Below, piece by piece: positions 28,428 through 37,681 of a DNA stretch of 64,000 nucleotides. The DNA is taken from the IMG/VR virus record IMGVR_UViG_3300032265_002598, positions 137,068 through 201,067 of that record; one strand, written 5' to 3'. Below the pieces are notes generated by a model. That model saw nothing but the letters and a program-made list of their open reading frames with translations, was not told where the DNA came from and did not search any database. The position numbers were made by a program, and so were the translations under genes. The first letter of the stretch is position 1; every line of letters starts with the position of its first letter. The DNA comes from a virus (taxonomy: Duplodnaviria; Caudoviricetes).

Positions 28428-29104
28428 TTTTTTGCTTTATATGTTTTAAGTAGTTCAATACTAGGGTATTTCTTACTACCTAATACACCGTCAGCAAACC
28501 CATATTCTACAGCTTCATTCGATGTTAAAATCCAATCACACTTATTTGCTAATTGTGAAGTGATGTGTTTTCTGGCCATCATTTTCTTCCAATTTTTTTG
28601 TTTAGCTAGTTCACTTTCCATACATCTATCGGTAAAAATTTCAATCATCTTATCACATTCTTGTTCATTCCATTTAATAGAACTAGCAGCAGCCTTGGAG
28701 TGTTCGCTATCCATACTGAATGATCCATAGTGAATAAGCATGGTAGCATTAGGAGTCAGAATCCTTAGTGGTGCAGCTTGAAAAATTACGCTGCTTGATG
28801 ATTCTACTTTAGCATAAGCCAGAATAATAATTCTTGATTTTGAAAATCGTATGGTATCATAAATACCTAAACAATCTTGCCACTCTCCACCCGGCAAGTG
28901 CATATGAACTAAAATAGGTTCACTAGATAGAGTGTTTAGATATCTAATATTTTTTTCAAATATGACCGCTGACCTATAATCAACCCCTCCCTCATCTGCA
29001 CCATCTATGTGGGAGTGTAAGTATACTTCTCTATTTTTGATGTCTATATTAAAATTATGAATTTCATTAAGTTCACTATCATTATTTGGTGAATTGACTA
29101 CCAT
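28424..29104 (-). CDS. clpP: ClpP-like serine protease (S14)
   Basis: HLPGGE..GIYDTI, Ser in KVESSS, His in TMLIH, Asp in CDWILTSNEAVEYGFADG. Confidence 0.85.
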   Translation of the reverse strand: MVVNSPNNDSELNEIHNFNIDIKNREVYLHSHIDGADEGGVDYRSAVIFEKNIRYLNTLSSEPILVHMHLPGGEWQDCLGIYDTIRFSKSRIIILAYAKVESSSSVIFQAAPLRILTPNATMLIHYGSFSMDSEHSKAAASSIKWNEQECDKMIEIFTDRCMESELAKQKNWKKMMARKHITSQLANKCDWILTSNEAVEYGFADGVLGSKKYPSIELLKTYKAKK

Positions 29105-29105
29105 A

Positions 29106-29534
29106 TTAATTACCTAGGTATTCATATATCTGATCATTAATTTCTTTCATTACTCTAGCATCATCAAAAACTTTTCCTATAGATATTCTAAATCGATATC
29201 TAGTAAAAATATCAAGAGTTTCTACTCCATCTATTTGATCTATAATATTTACTATCTGATTATTAATATTAAAGTTTGTATGACCAACCCAAAAATTAAA
29301 GATTTTACCAGACGCAGTATTTTCTGTATAAGGAATTAATCCCATTGGAGTAGCAATTGCTCTTAATGGTTGTTTGACATTTTGCATTTCATCAACATAT
29401 TCACCATCAAGATCTTCTTCCTTATCATAATGGTCATCGTCCAACTTGTCATGCTCTATAGCATCATCCTCACCAAATGGATCGAACCATTTTTGCCATA
29501 CTATTAAATTAGCTGTCCCATAAATATTTCTCAT
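29106..29534 (-). CDS. Hypothetical protein
   Basis: Packed ORF with an acidic stretch. Confidence 0.55.
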   Translation of the reverse strand: MRNIYGTANLIVWQKWFDPFGEDDAIEHDKLDDDHYDKEEDLDGEYVDEMQNVKQPLRAIATPMGLIPYTENTASGKIFNFWVGHTNFNINNQIVNIIDQIDGVETLDIFTRYRFRISIGKVFDDARVMKEINDQIYEYLGN

Positions 29535-29550
29535 TAATTATATCCATTCC

Positions 29551-29967
29551 TTACTTAGTATAGTTTTTAAATACACTAGAAGGCTTAATTACTGGGCCAT
29601 AAGAACTATTAAATAGGCCTTTTTTCTTTAGCTCTATCCATGCCTCTAACACTTTTTCCACAAAAAATGAGTCTGAAACATTATTTTGATCAGCAATAGA
29701 TGTTAGACTACTAACAATATCTTCTCTAAGAGAACCATTTTCTAAAATAAACATTAAAGCTCCATATTGATTAGCTATATTAGTAATCATTATTTCATCA
29801 AGTTTATCTAAATCTGGCCAATAACAAACAATATTAACCGTATTATCAAAATTTAATTCAAAGTTGACACTGCATAAAAAATCTCTTTTCTCTCCATTAG
29901 TTTGAGGGACAATTATTATAGGTTTTGGATAAATTTTTTCTAATAAATTTTTCCACCACTTAAACAT
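29551..29967 (-). CDS. Hypothetical protein
   Basis: Packed ORF. Confidence 0.55.
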   Translation of the reverse strand: MFKWWKNLLEKIYPKPIIIVPQTNGEKRDFLCSVNFELNFDNTVNIVCYWPDLDKLDEIMITNIANQYGALMFILENGSLREDIVSSLTSIADQNNVSDSFFVEKVLEAWIELKKKGLFNSSYGPVIKPSSVFKNYTK

Positions 29968-30307
29968 ATAATAAACACTTTCTAGATATAGGATCTATAA
30001 GAGCTAGATTTAAATTGACATAATAACCAGAGTTAAGTTCTGTCTCAGGAGGAATCGAACAGGCAAAAAAGATATTGATATGATTGTCTTTTTTTAGAAC
30101 ATCAACTAACATAATTTTAACAGAATCGTATTTTAGAGCTACATACTTTTCAAAAACCCTTGCTGCCGCATAACGAATAGAGTCATCTTCTTGCTCTAGT
30201 TCTAATACTAGAGGGACATAAATTTCTGGATGTGAGGAAACAACACATCTTTCATTTTTATTTAAATCAAAAGATGAAACAAAAATACTTGTTGTTACTT
30301 TAAACAT
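29960..30307 (-). CDS. Hypothetical protein
   Basis: Packed ORF. Confidence 0.55.
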   Translation of the reverse strand: MFKVTTSIFVSSFDLNKNERCVVSSHPEIYVPLVLELEQEDDSIRYAAARVFEKYVALKYDSVKIMLVDVLKKDNHINIFFACSIPPETELNSGYYVNLNLALIDPISRKCLLYV

Positions 30308-30881
30308 AAGCTCTAATCTTTGCTAAACCCTTTTGGATATTTTGTCGGACTGCTTCTCTAGTTACTCCAAATTCTTTACCTATTTCAGATAAAGTTTTCT
30401 CTTCAAAATAATACTGTTTGATTTGATCTTTTTGTTTATCTGATATGATTCCAGAAGAGAGGATATTTTCAATATTCTTTTTCAGGGATTCTTCGTATTC
30501 ATTATTTTCAACAACTATGTAGGGATCATATTCCTCTTTGTCTGGGATATTATCAGCAAAAGAAACATCATTTTCATTAATGTTATTTAGTGAATAATGA
30601 GTATTCTGCTTACGATACTTATTTGACAAATATGTTTTAATAGCCCAAATACCACATTGATTCCTATAAGAATATTTGGTTTTTGATTTTCCATTAAATC
30701 CAGAACGATCCTTGTCCCATCTCCAATCACCTATCATAATAGCAGAAGCGATATCAGCAATAGCATCTTCATTCGATAATAGCTCTTGTCTTAATGCTGA
30801 ATAAAAAGTGGGCGCAAACTTAGATATAATCTTCTTGGCTAGGGTAATATATGTAGGCAGACTATCAAACTCTTTTTCCAT
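30300..30881 (-). CDS. RNA polymerase sigma-70-family factor (region 4 HTH)
   Basis: EKTLSEIGKEFGVTREAVRQNIQKGLAKIR; region-2-like KYSYRNQCGIWAIKTYL. Confidence 0.85.
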   Translation of the reverse strand: MEKEFDSLPTYITLAKKIISKFAPTFYSALRQELLSNEDAIADIASAIMIGDWRWDKDRSGFNGKSKTKYSYRNQCGIWAIKTYLSNKYRKQNTHYSLNNINENDVSFADNIPDKEEYDPYIVVENNEYEESLKKNIENILSSGIISDKQKDQIKQYYFEEKTLSEIGKEFGVTREAVRQNIQKGLAKIRAYV

Positions 30882-30926
30882 TATTTATTTCCTTTAAGTT
30901 AGATTCCTAATGTCCGAACTATTTAC

Positions 30927-31853
30927 TTAGTTCTTCTTCTTATTTTCTTCGTCAGTTAACTTTTTCCAAGTTTTTGGATCTGGTCTATCCTTGTTACCAC
31001 GTTTGGCTGGCTTATAATTTTTGCCTTCTCTTTCTTTCTTTTTGCGAATATTATCCCATAATCCCGTTTTGGAAATTGTGGATGGTTCTGAGGTTTCAGA
31101 CATTTCTTCTGTTTCATTGTTCTCATTTTCTTGAGATTCTTCATTAGTTGTGATGGGTGCGCTAAAATGTAAAAATGGAAAATTATGTAAAAATGATGGT
31201 TGGATTTTCTTTTTTTTCTTAATAGCTTTATTTGCTGTAGTATCACTATTTTCAATATCGTCAGAATCCTGAGAAAACATGAGAAAATCATGTATTTGTC
31301 GAACATAGTCAGCAACTACAGCGATTTTACCCTGAAGCCAAGCTTCTGTCAAATTGTCTTTTACGTCCATGTTGTTATTGTCAATAGCATTTAAAATTCC
31401 CTGTACATGTACATTGATGGACTTTATGGAAGAAAGAGACATATCATATAATTCTTGTATTGTTTCTTCATTTTCTACTATAGAAGAATTTTCTTCGTCC
31501 TCAAATAAATCTTCTGGTGAAGATGTTATTAAATCAAAAACATCATCAGCATTACTTTTGATACCTAATTTTTCTTTACTAGCATCAGGTAATGCTGATA
31601 CAAATTCTGAGCCTTTTTTCTTACAAAAATTATAAAGCTTTCTTAAAAAGGCATCATAAGTCATTTTTCCACTCATTCTCCCATAATTACTAATAGCATC
31701 TTTTACATCTGTTGGAGATACGATTGGAAATGATTGTGTTTCTGGAAAAAGAAAATCACTATCTTTCAGATCACTTCTTTTTTTGCCGTCATATGTTTTT
31801 TGTGAAGCTATTGATTGCTCTATATTTAGTAATATTTTATGAAAACTATTCAT
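30927..31853 (-). CDS. Mosaic hypothetical protein of small phage modules with acidic linkers
   Basis: Modules RSDLKDSDFLFP..FPI, EAWLQGKIAVVADY and GLWDNIRKKKER..DRPD separated by E/D/N-rich linkers. Confidence 0.55.
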   Translation of the reverse strand: MNSFHKILLNIEQSIASQKTYDGKKRSDLKDSDFLFPETQSFPIVSPTDVKDAISNYGRMSGKMTYDAFLRKLYNFCKKKGSEFVSALPDASKEKLGIKSNADDVFDLITSSPEDLFEDEENSSIVENEETIQELYDMSLSSIKSINVHVQGILNAIDNNNMDVKDNLTEAWLQGKIAVVADYVRQIHDFLMFSQDSDDIENSDTTANKAIKKKKKIQPSFLHNFPFLHFSAPITTNEESQENENNETEEMSETSEPSTISKTGLWDNIRKKKEREGKNYKPAKRGNKDRPDPKTWKKLTDEENKKKN

Positions 31854-31862
31854 TATTAATCC

Positions 31863-32453
31863 TTATGCTTGAATAGAAAGGAAGTTGTCTAATCCCATTT
31901 GTTCAATAAGTTTTAAGAAACCACTATATAGTATAATGCCATCTTCGCTGCCTTGAAGTAGAGGTATCATTATATTAGCAGTAATTTCATCACCAACTGC
32001 TCTAGCAGCAGAAATAGTTGCTCGTTCAGCTTTTGATGCCTCTTGGACAGACTCTAGATTATATTTTATCATATCTATCATATCGTGTCTTTTCCATGTC
32101 TTTGGTTGAACAATGAGCGGTTGATAGTCTGCATCAAAAAATTCTAGTCTCGATAAGTTGATCATAGCATGTTTATGTTCCTGTTTAGCGTCTGCTTTTA
32201 TCATCTTAGCAAGTTTATTATATCCCCATCTTTTTAAATGAACAGCTTGTGCGGATAAAGCGGTAGTCTGTTGCCAATGAATATTTAAAGACTTTTTTAG
32301 TAGATCTACTACATTATCATTGATATAATTTTGTGCATCTTTATCGGATAATAATTCTATATGATCTGCCATAATTTTTGCCTTTTCTTTGATGGATAAC
32401 TTAGATTCTTGTTCTTTTAATAGTTCTGAAATACTACAATGATTTTTTGACAT
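31863..32453 (-). CDS. bfr: Bacterioferritin/ferritin-like protein
   Basis: RWGYNKLAK...QEHKH...RLEFFD, LESVQE, GDEITA..L...EDG; four-helix ferritin pattern, with some ferroxidase ligands apparently altered. Confidence 0.75.
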   Translation of the reverse strand: MSKNHCSISELLKEQESKLSIKEKAKIMADHIELLSDKDAQNYINDNVVDLLKKSLNIHWQQTTALSAQAVHLKRWGYNKLAKMIKADAKQEHKHAMINLSRLEFFDADYQPLIVQPKTWKRHDMIDMIKYNLESVQEASKAERATISAARAVGDEITANIMIPLLQGSEDGIILYSGFLKLIEQMGLDNFLSIQA

Positions 32454-32462
32454 ATTGATTCC

Positions 32463-33020
32463 TTATGTTAAATCTGAGACATTGGTTTTTGACCACATTT
32501 TACAAGACCAATATTCTGCTTTCCATTTTGGTCCAGGATTATCACAGTTATGCCTTGCTCTATAAGACTTCCTTCTTTCTGGATCGTCTCTTTTAATTTC
32601 CATATTTGGATCACCGAAGTTTACTTTTACAACATTACCTTTTTCATTTTTAACATACACAGAAAACTTTTTGGGACCACTTGGGGTGCGAAAAGGTTTA
32701 TTCAATGTTACTTTTTTATTGTTTTTATTATTTTCTTTAGCTATGATCTGTTCATCATTATCTTCATAGATTATTTCTGGAACAATTTCTTGAGTAAATT
32801 CATCCCATTCATTATCATATTCAGCTCTTAGATAAGCTAAATTGTCTTGAACATCCTCTAGTAATTGATTTTTAGCATGTTTATCTTTTTTAGTTTGAGA
32901 TAAACAAATAGCAACTCTTTGCTTGCTATCAGGATACTCTTTTTTCATTACCTCACTAGACATACAGCGAGATACAAATTTATCTTTATCTTCATTTTGA
33001 TGTGGATTAGGAATTGGCAT
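32463..33020 (-). CDS. Two-module phage hypothetical protein
   Basis: MPIP.P...FVSRCM..EYPD.KQRVAIC module plus KVTLNKPFR...FGDPNM..RARHNC..YWSCKMW module. Likely start is ATG at 33020 (AGGAG RBS). Confidence 0.7.
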   Translation of the reverse strand: MPIPNPHQNEDKDKFVSRCMSSEVMKKEYPDSKQRVAICLSQTKKDKHAKNQLLEDVQDNLAYLRAEYDNEWDEFTQEIVPEIIYEDNDEQIIAKENNKNNKKVTLNKPFRTPSGPKKFSVYVKNEKGNVVKVNFGDPNMEIKRDDPERRKSYRARHNCDNPGPKWKAEYWSCKMWSKTNVSDLT

Positions 33021-33031
33021 AGTATTTCTCC

Positions 33032-34093
33032 TTATTTTTCTATACACCTAACTAATTGCTTGGCCGAATTTTCCCAAGTAAAGTTTTGAGCAGTTTGTAG
33101 TCCTTCGGGATTGGTGCCAATTTTATTAGTGTACACATATTTCATATAATCAATAATTTGATCTTTTTCTTTTTGATCAATTTTAGCCCAATTACCATCT
33201 CCATGAAACCATTTTCCATCTTTTGCTAATTCTTTATCTTTAATATCTACCAAATAAGAATTTTTATCATTACAATATTCTGTATGAGCAGAATAATTTG
33301 TTGCAATAACTGGCTTATTCATAGCCATAGTTTCTAATAATTCTAAATTCCAACCTTCTGCCCTAGATAAATACAGACCACAATCAGCATATGATAGAAC
33401 TTCTGCTACATTAGTTTGAGTAGGCAGTCTTGGAAAAACTTTAATTTTATTTTTAAGTTTAGATCTATTTACCATAGATAACCATTCATGTTCTTGCTGT
33501 TCGTTTAAAAATGGATTATGAGTTATCATCCATAGTTCAACATTATCCTCATTAGAAAATGCTTTATTAAAACACTCTATAACAATATCATGAGATTTAC
33601 GAATTTCCCATTTACCTACTGTTATAAAGATAAAATTTTGTGGTCTAGTTGGTATTTCTCTTGGATAAAAAATAGAACCATCTACTCCAAGATGTACAAT
33701 ACCAATATCTTTTTTAATATTATTGTCTAATAGAATTTGTTTGGCCCATTCACTACTTGCTATTAGTTTATCTGGAAAATTTAGATGATATTTTTCTAAA
33801 CTATTAAAAGTATCTATTTCAAAAAAGGGATATGCTAAATATTGTCCTCTTCCTGGTCTAGTAAGTAAATCAAATTGATGCCATATTTTAAGACAAGAAG
33901 TGTCATAATCCATACTGATATTAAGATCAATAGCATGATTTATTAGAGCTGAATCTAATGGAGACTCTACTTTGGGATTACCTATTGGCGTTAGACAAAC
34001 TTTATGTTTTTCTTTAGTTAATTCTTTTAACAGATTGAACGAAACATTCCCGTAACCTGTAACACCTATTGGGGCATATAAATTAATATTCAT
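33032..34093 (-). CDS. GT4-family glycosyltransferase
   Basis: TGYG, HLGVD, VGKWEIRK, RAEGWNLELLETMAM (Ex7E), ATNYSA. Confidence 0.85.
   Translation of the reverse strand: MNINLYAPIGVTGYGNVSFNLLKELTKEKHKVCLTPIGNPKVESPLDSALINHAIDLNISMDYDTSCLKIWHQFDLLTRPGRGQYLAYPFFEIDTFNSLEKYHLNFPDKLIASSEWAKQILLDNNIKKDIGIVHLGVDGSIFYPREIPTRPQNFIFITVGKWEIRKSHDIVIECFNKAFSNEDNVELWMITHNPFLNEQQEHEWLSMVNRSKLKNKIKVFPRLPTQTNVAEVLSYADCGLYLSRAEGWNLELLETMAMNKPVIATNYSAHTEYCNDKNSYLVDIKDKELAKDGKWFHGDGNWAKIDQKEKDQIIDYMKYVYTNKIGTNPEGLQTAQNFTWENSAKQLVRCIEK
33041..33048 (-). promoter_or_regulatory. RGTGTATW motif upstream of the 33020 start
   Basis: GGTGTATAG. Confidence 0.5.
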
Positions 34094-35214
34094 TCGTAAA
34101 TCCTATTATGTGTATTGTTGACTTGAATAAAAGTGGTTTTTTTGCCAAAGTCTTTAATCTTAGATGCTCCTATATAAGTACAAGCACTTCTAATTCCTCC
34201 AAGAATATCTTGTAAGATAACTTCTGCTTTATCTTTATATTGAACAGTAACGCATTTACCTTCGCTAGTCCTGTAGTTTGCTACTCCATTATGATATTTA
34301 TCCATAGCATTTTTAGAACTCATGCCATAGAACTTGAGTTTAGTTTTCTTCTTTTCTGTTTCATAACCAGGATTAAATGGTTGCCAAAATTCAGATGTTA
34401 AACCAGCTCTTTTGCATAAGAACTCGTATTCCCATTCTCCTTCGCACTCATCAGAACCAGCAAACATACTACCTAACATAACAAAATCAGTATTTGCTCC
34501 AAACGCTTTGCAAACATCTCCGACTATTTTGCATCCACCATCAGAACAAATATGACCACCTAATCCGTGAGCAGCATCAGTACATTCCATTACTGCTGCC
34601 AGTTGAGGATAGCCTATTCCTGTTTTAAGTCTTGTGGTGCAAACAGATCCTGATCCTATTCCTACTTTAACAATATCTACTTTACCATGAAGAATTAGTT
34701 CTTCAACCATCTCTGGAGTTACAACATTTCCGGCCATAATTATGACATCTGGATATAGTCCACGAATATGACTAGTTGTTTTTACAAATTTTTCGCTATA
34801 ACCATTTGCAACATCAATACAAATATTAGGAATTTTCTTTCCAATAGAAAGTAATGAGTTAAAAACTGTTACTAGTTTTTCAATATCTTTTACAGATGTT
34901 CCTATAGAATAAAAAACAAGATCTTTATCTATATCATTTTCAGCAGAATAAAATTTGACTAGATCTTCTATAGAATAGTGCTTATGTAAGCAAACTATAC
35001 TTCTAGCTGAACACACTGGATTAGTCATACCAAATGTTCCAGTAGTGTCCATATTTGCCACCATAATAGGAACACAAGAAAGTTTCCTTGGAGAGTGAGC
35101 AAAATTAAATTCTCTAACTAAACTAACATCAGATCGACTACTTAATGAAGATCTTTTGGGCTTGATTAAAACATCATCAAAATCTAGTTTTATCTCATTA
35201 ATTATTTTTTGCAT
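34090..35214 (-). CDS. guaC: GMP reductase
   Basis: DFDDVLIKPKRS, ANMDTTGT, IDVANGYS, KVGIGSGSVCTTR, FYGMSS, SEGK. Confidence 0.92.
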   Translation of the reverse strand: MQKIINEIKLDFDDVLIKPKRSSLSSRSDVSLVREFNFAHSPRKLSCVPIMVANMDTTGTFGMTNPVCSARSIVCLHKHYSIEDLVKFYSAENDIDKDLVFYSIGTSVKDIEKLVTVFNSLLSIGKKIPNICIDVANGYSEKFVKTTSHIRGLYPDVIIMAGNVVTPEMVEELILHGKVDIVKVGIGSGSVCTTRLKTGIGYPQLAAVMECTDAAHGLGGHICSDGGCKIVGDVCKAFGANTDFVMLGSMFAGSDECEGEWEYEFLCKRAGLTSEFWQPFNPGYETEKKKTKLKFYGMSSKNAMDKYHNGVANYRTSEGKCVTVQYKDKAEVILQDILGGIRSACTYIGASKIKDFGKKTTFIQVNNTHNRIYE

Positions 35215-35629
35215 TATCCAACTCTATTTTAGGTTTGTCATTAAAATATTTATTTCCATAATCTACGAATATTTCATCTTTTGCTTGAATATCTTTAATA
35301 GATACTATATCGGCTATCAGATTACGATAGTCGAATTTCCATTCAGTATTAGCATTATCTTGATGATTATAAATCATTCCATAGCCTAAGACCATATGAA
35401 ATATAAATCCATGATTTTTACATTCATTGCATGGACAGGTTGGTTGAGTATATAGATATCTATAAAGTTGTGGATCAGAATGGTATTTGGATCTAAAAGA
35501 TAAAGGGACTAGCGGACATCTTTCTATTATCTCCCCCTCTTTAATATCTCTGGTTGCAAAAACTCCACGACCTTCTATAGCTGAAAGTCCAATCTTAATA
35601 GGAAAGTTATTTAAAAATTTTATGCTCAT
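35198..35629 (-). CDS. SET-domain protein-lysine methyltransferase (copy 2)
   Basis: GRGVFATRDIKEGE, YNHQDNAN, EIFVDYG. Confidence 0.88.
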   Translation of the reverse strand: MSIKFLNNFPIKIGLSAIEGRGVFATRDIKEGEIIERCPLVPLSFRSKYHSDPQLYRYLYTQPTCPCNECKNHGFIFHMVLGYGMIYNHQDNANTEWKFDYRNLIADIVSIKDIQAKDEIFVDYGNKYFNDKPKIELDNAKNN

Positions 35630-35630
35630 A

Positions 35631-36101
35631 TTATTTAGTAATTTTAGTTTTACCTGTTTTTACGTTATCTGAATCAAAATAAGAATTACCATACCCTACA
35701 AAAATTTCTTCTTTAATCTTAATATCAGTAATAGCAATTACATCCGCAAATAGCTGAGAATAATTGAATTTCCAAACAGCATTAGAGATATCTTGATGGT
35801 TATATAACATCCCATAACCTAAAACCATATGTAAAATAACTCCATGTTTTTCACAGTCTTCACAAGAACATGGAGGCTGGGCATACATATAAGCAAAAAT
35901 TTTAGGATCTGATTGATAATTTGATCTATAGTCCATCTGAATCAATGGACATCTTTCAATAATTTCTCCCTTGGCAATTCTGGTAGTAGCAAAAACTCCA
36001 CGACCATGCACAGATGAATCACCTGCAATAATCTTATATGGTGGAAGATAATTTAGTTTTGTAGGATCGTCAGGTCTTATAATGTGTTTTGTCATAATCA
36101 A
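35631..36101 (-). CDS. SET-domain protein-lysine methyltransferase (copy 1)
   Basis: HGRGVFATTRIAKGE, YNHQDISN, EIFVGYG. Confidence 0.88.
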   Translation of the reverse strand: MIMTKHIIRPDDPTKLNYLPPYKIIAGDSSVHGRGVFATTRIAKGEIIERCPLIQMDYRSNYQSDPKIFAYMYAQPPCSCEDCEKHGVILHMVLGYGMLYNHQDISNAVWKFNYSQLFADVIAITDIKIKEEIFVGYGNSYFDSDNVKTGKTKITK

Positions 36102-36102
36102 T

Positions 36103-36300
36103 CTAGAGTTTTTTCAAGAATTCATCTGTATCATAGCAAGTTGTTTCTTTATTCCAACCAACTTCACTAATACATATTTTAAGAGCCGTACTTAATCCTT
36201 TTCCTTTGAATGCTTTTAATGTGTCATTGATAGCAATAAGATAATCAGGTCTGTCTATTATATATTTCACTTGTCCAGATTTGACATAGTATTTGGGCAT
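36103..36300 (-). CDS. Small hypothetical protein
   Basis: Likely start MPKYYVKSG at 36300. Confidence 0.55.
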   Translation of the reverse strand: MPKYYVKSGQVKYIIDRPDYLIAINDTLKAFKGKGLSTALKICISEVGWNKETTCYDTDEFLKKL

Positions 36301-36836
36301 GATGAATGTATGGTAAAGAAATACCATCTCTTATGGGTGTCTATGTTTTCGGATGAATCTATATGAACAAGATATTCTCTAATTTCATCCCATGTAGAAA
36401 AAATTGTTTGATGTGGAATAGTGCCGAATAGCCAATCTGGAGCATATTTCTTGCCTTGTTCCATATGAATTATAATAGGTTTTTTCTGTCTATTGGCCCA
36501 AAAGATTTCTTCATATGTTCCACAAGGATGGATATCTAAATTCAAATTAACAATCAAAAAATCACTAATATCAACTAGTCTGAGATCTACTGCTCGTATT
36601 GTTTTCATCATAGAAGATAATTCATCATAGCTTTCTTTTGCTTTAAATTTAGTTTTGATAGCATGAACATCAGAATCTTCTAAACCTATATTAGATGGTT
36701 TACTAATAGGATTAAAAACTTCTATTCCTAGATTTTGTAAAAATGGAGTTATGCTATCTCTCCATGTAGATCCTCTATCTGCGACTCTATCCATTGCCCC
36801 AGCTAAATATACTCTTTGACTGTGTAATCTATTCAT
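36267..36836 (-). CDS. Nucleoside 2-deoxyribosyltransferase-like protein
   Basis: VYLAG, FNP, DLRLVDISD, CGTYEEIFWA...KKPII. Confidence 0.82.
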   Translation of the reverse strand: MNRLHSQRVYLAGAMDRVADRGSTWRDSITPFLQNLGIEVFNPISKPSNIGLEDSDVHAIKTKFKAKESYDELSSMMKTIRAVDLRLVDISDFLIVNLNLDIHPCGTYEEIFWANRQKKPIIIHMEQGKKYAPDWLFGTIPHQTIFSTWDEIREYLVHIDSSENIDTHKRWYFFTIHSSCPNTMSNLDK

Positions 36837-36845
36837 AGTTTTATC

Positions 36846-37553
36846 TTAAAAGTTATTTACTATTTTACCAAAAAAATCACCATTTTGATGTTCTAATATC
36901 CATTTGTATAAACCAAAATCTCTGTAATAATATGCTGATCTTTCAATACCATTATTATAAATATCTTTTTTCATTGTAAAAATTCTTGAATCATAAAATT
37001 TTATATTTCCATAATTTTTAATAGAATTTATTTGTATATTTTCTGTATTATAAATACTAGATGAACCACATTCCAAATATATTGCTTCAGCTTTATTTAC
37101 TATTGTCTTAAAATTATTAGTATATTTATCTATAATATGACCACCAAAAGCACAAGTATTAGCATGTGGTCCTTTTACTATATGTAATTCATGATCTCCT
37201 ATAGTATCATTAAGAAAATTATATTTATCATTGAAAGAATAATCAAAAGTTGTAGTATCTAGTATATACAAATATGATTTATCTATTATAAGACGATGAT
37301 ATCTCCAAGTATACAGAGCATGATATGCAGTATAGTCATAATTGTTCATTGCCATACCAACAACTGTAATTTCATCATCAAAATTAAGATCAGTTATTTC
37401 TTTAATTTTTTTTATGCGTGGGCTAAAATTTTCATATTGAGAAATAACTAAAATAATATCTTTAAATCTTGTAAAATTAACCTTTTTTAAAGATCTAAAT
37501 AGAAGATTTAAGGCTTTTCTATAAAATAGATTTGAATTAATTACAAGTTTCAT
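36846..37553 (-). CDS. Hypothetical protein, possibly glycosyltransferase-like
   Basis: Likely start MKLVINSN at 37553; NNYDYTA and YLYILDTT resemble degenerate GT-A motifs. Confidence 0.45.
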   Translation of the reverse strand: MKLVINSNLFYRKALNLLFRSLKKVNFTRFKDIILVISQYENFSPRIKKIKEITDLNFDDEITVVGMAMNNYDYTAYHALYTWRYHRLIIDKSYLYILDTTTFDYSFNDKYNFLNDTIGDHELHIVKGPHANTCAFGGHIIDKYTNNFKTIVNKAEAIYLECGSSSIYNTENIQINSIKNYGNIKFYDSRIFTMKKDIYNNGIERSAYYYRDFGLYKWILEHQNGDFFGKIVNNF

Positions 37554-37554
37554 A

Positions 37555-37677
37555 TCAATTAGGAAATAAAAAGTCAAAAAGATTTTTAGAGGAATATTGT
37601 TCACTAGAATTATTTAATTTCCTACTTCCATCCATCCATCCCAAAACCAAACAAAATAACAATAAAAAAGAATACAT
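37555..37677 (-). CDS. Unannotated 40-aa small membrane protein
   Basis: Manual translation MYSFLLLFCLVLGWMDGSRKLNNSSEQYSSKNLFDFLFPN; fills the gap between the macrodomain gene and the next gene. Confidence 0.5.
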   Translation of the reverse strand: MYSFLLLFCLVLGWMDGSRKLNNSSEQYSSKNLFDFLFPN

Positions 37678-37681
37678 AGTC

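Noticed and set aside
37625-37670. ccatccatccatccc/aaaacc low-complexity tract as a microsatellite or phase-variation site
   Set aside because: Only about three 4-nt copies, and fully explained as the hydrophobic coding sequence of a 40-aa ORF
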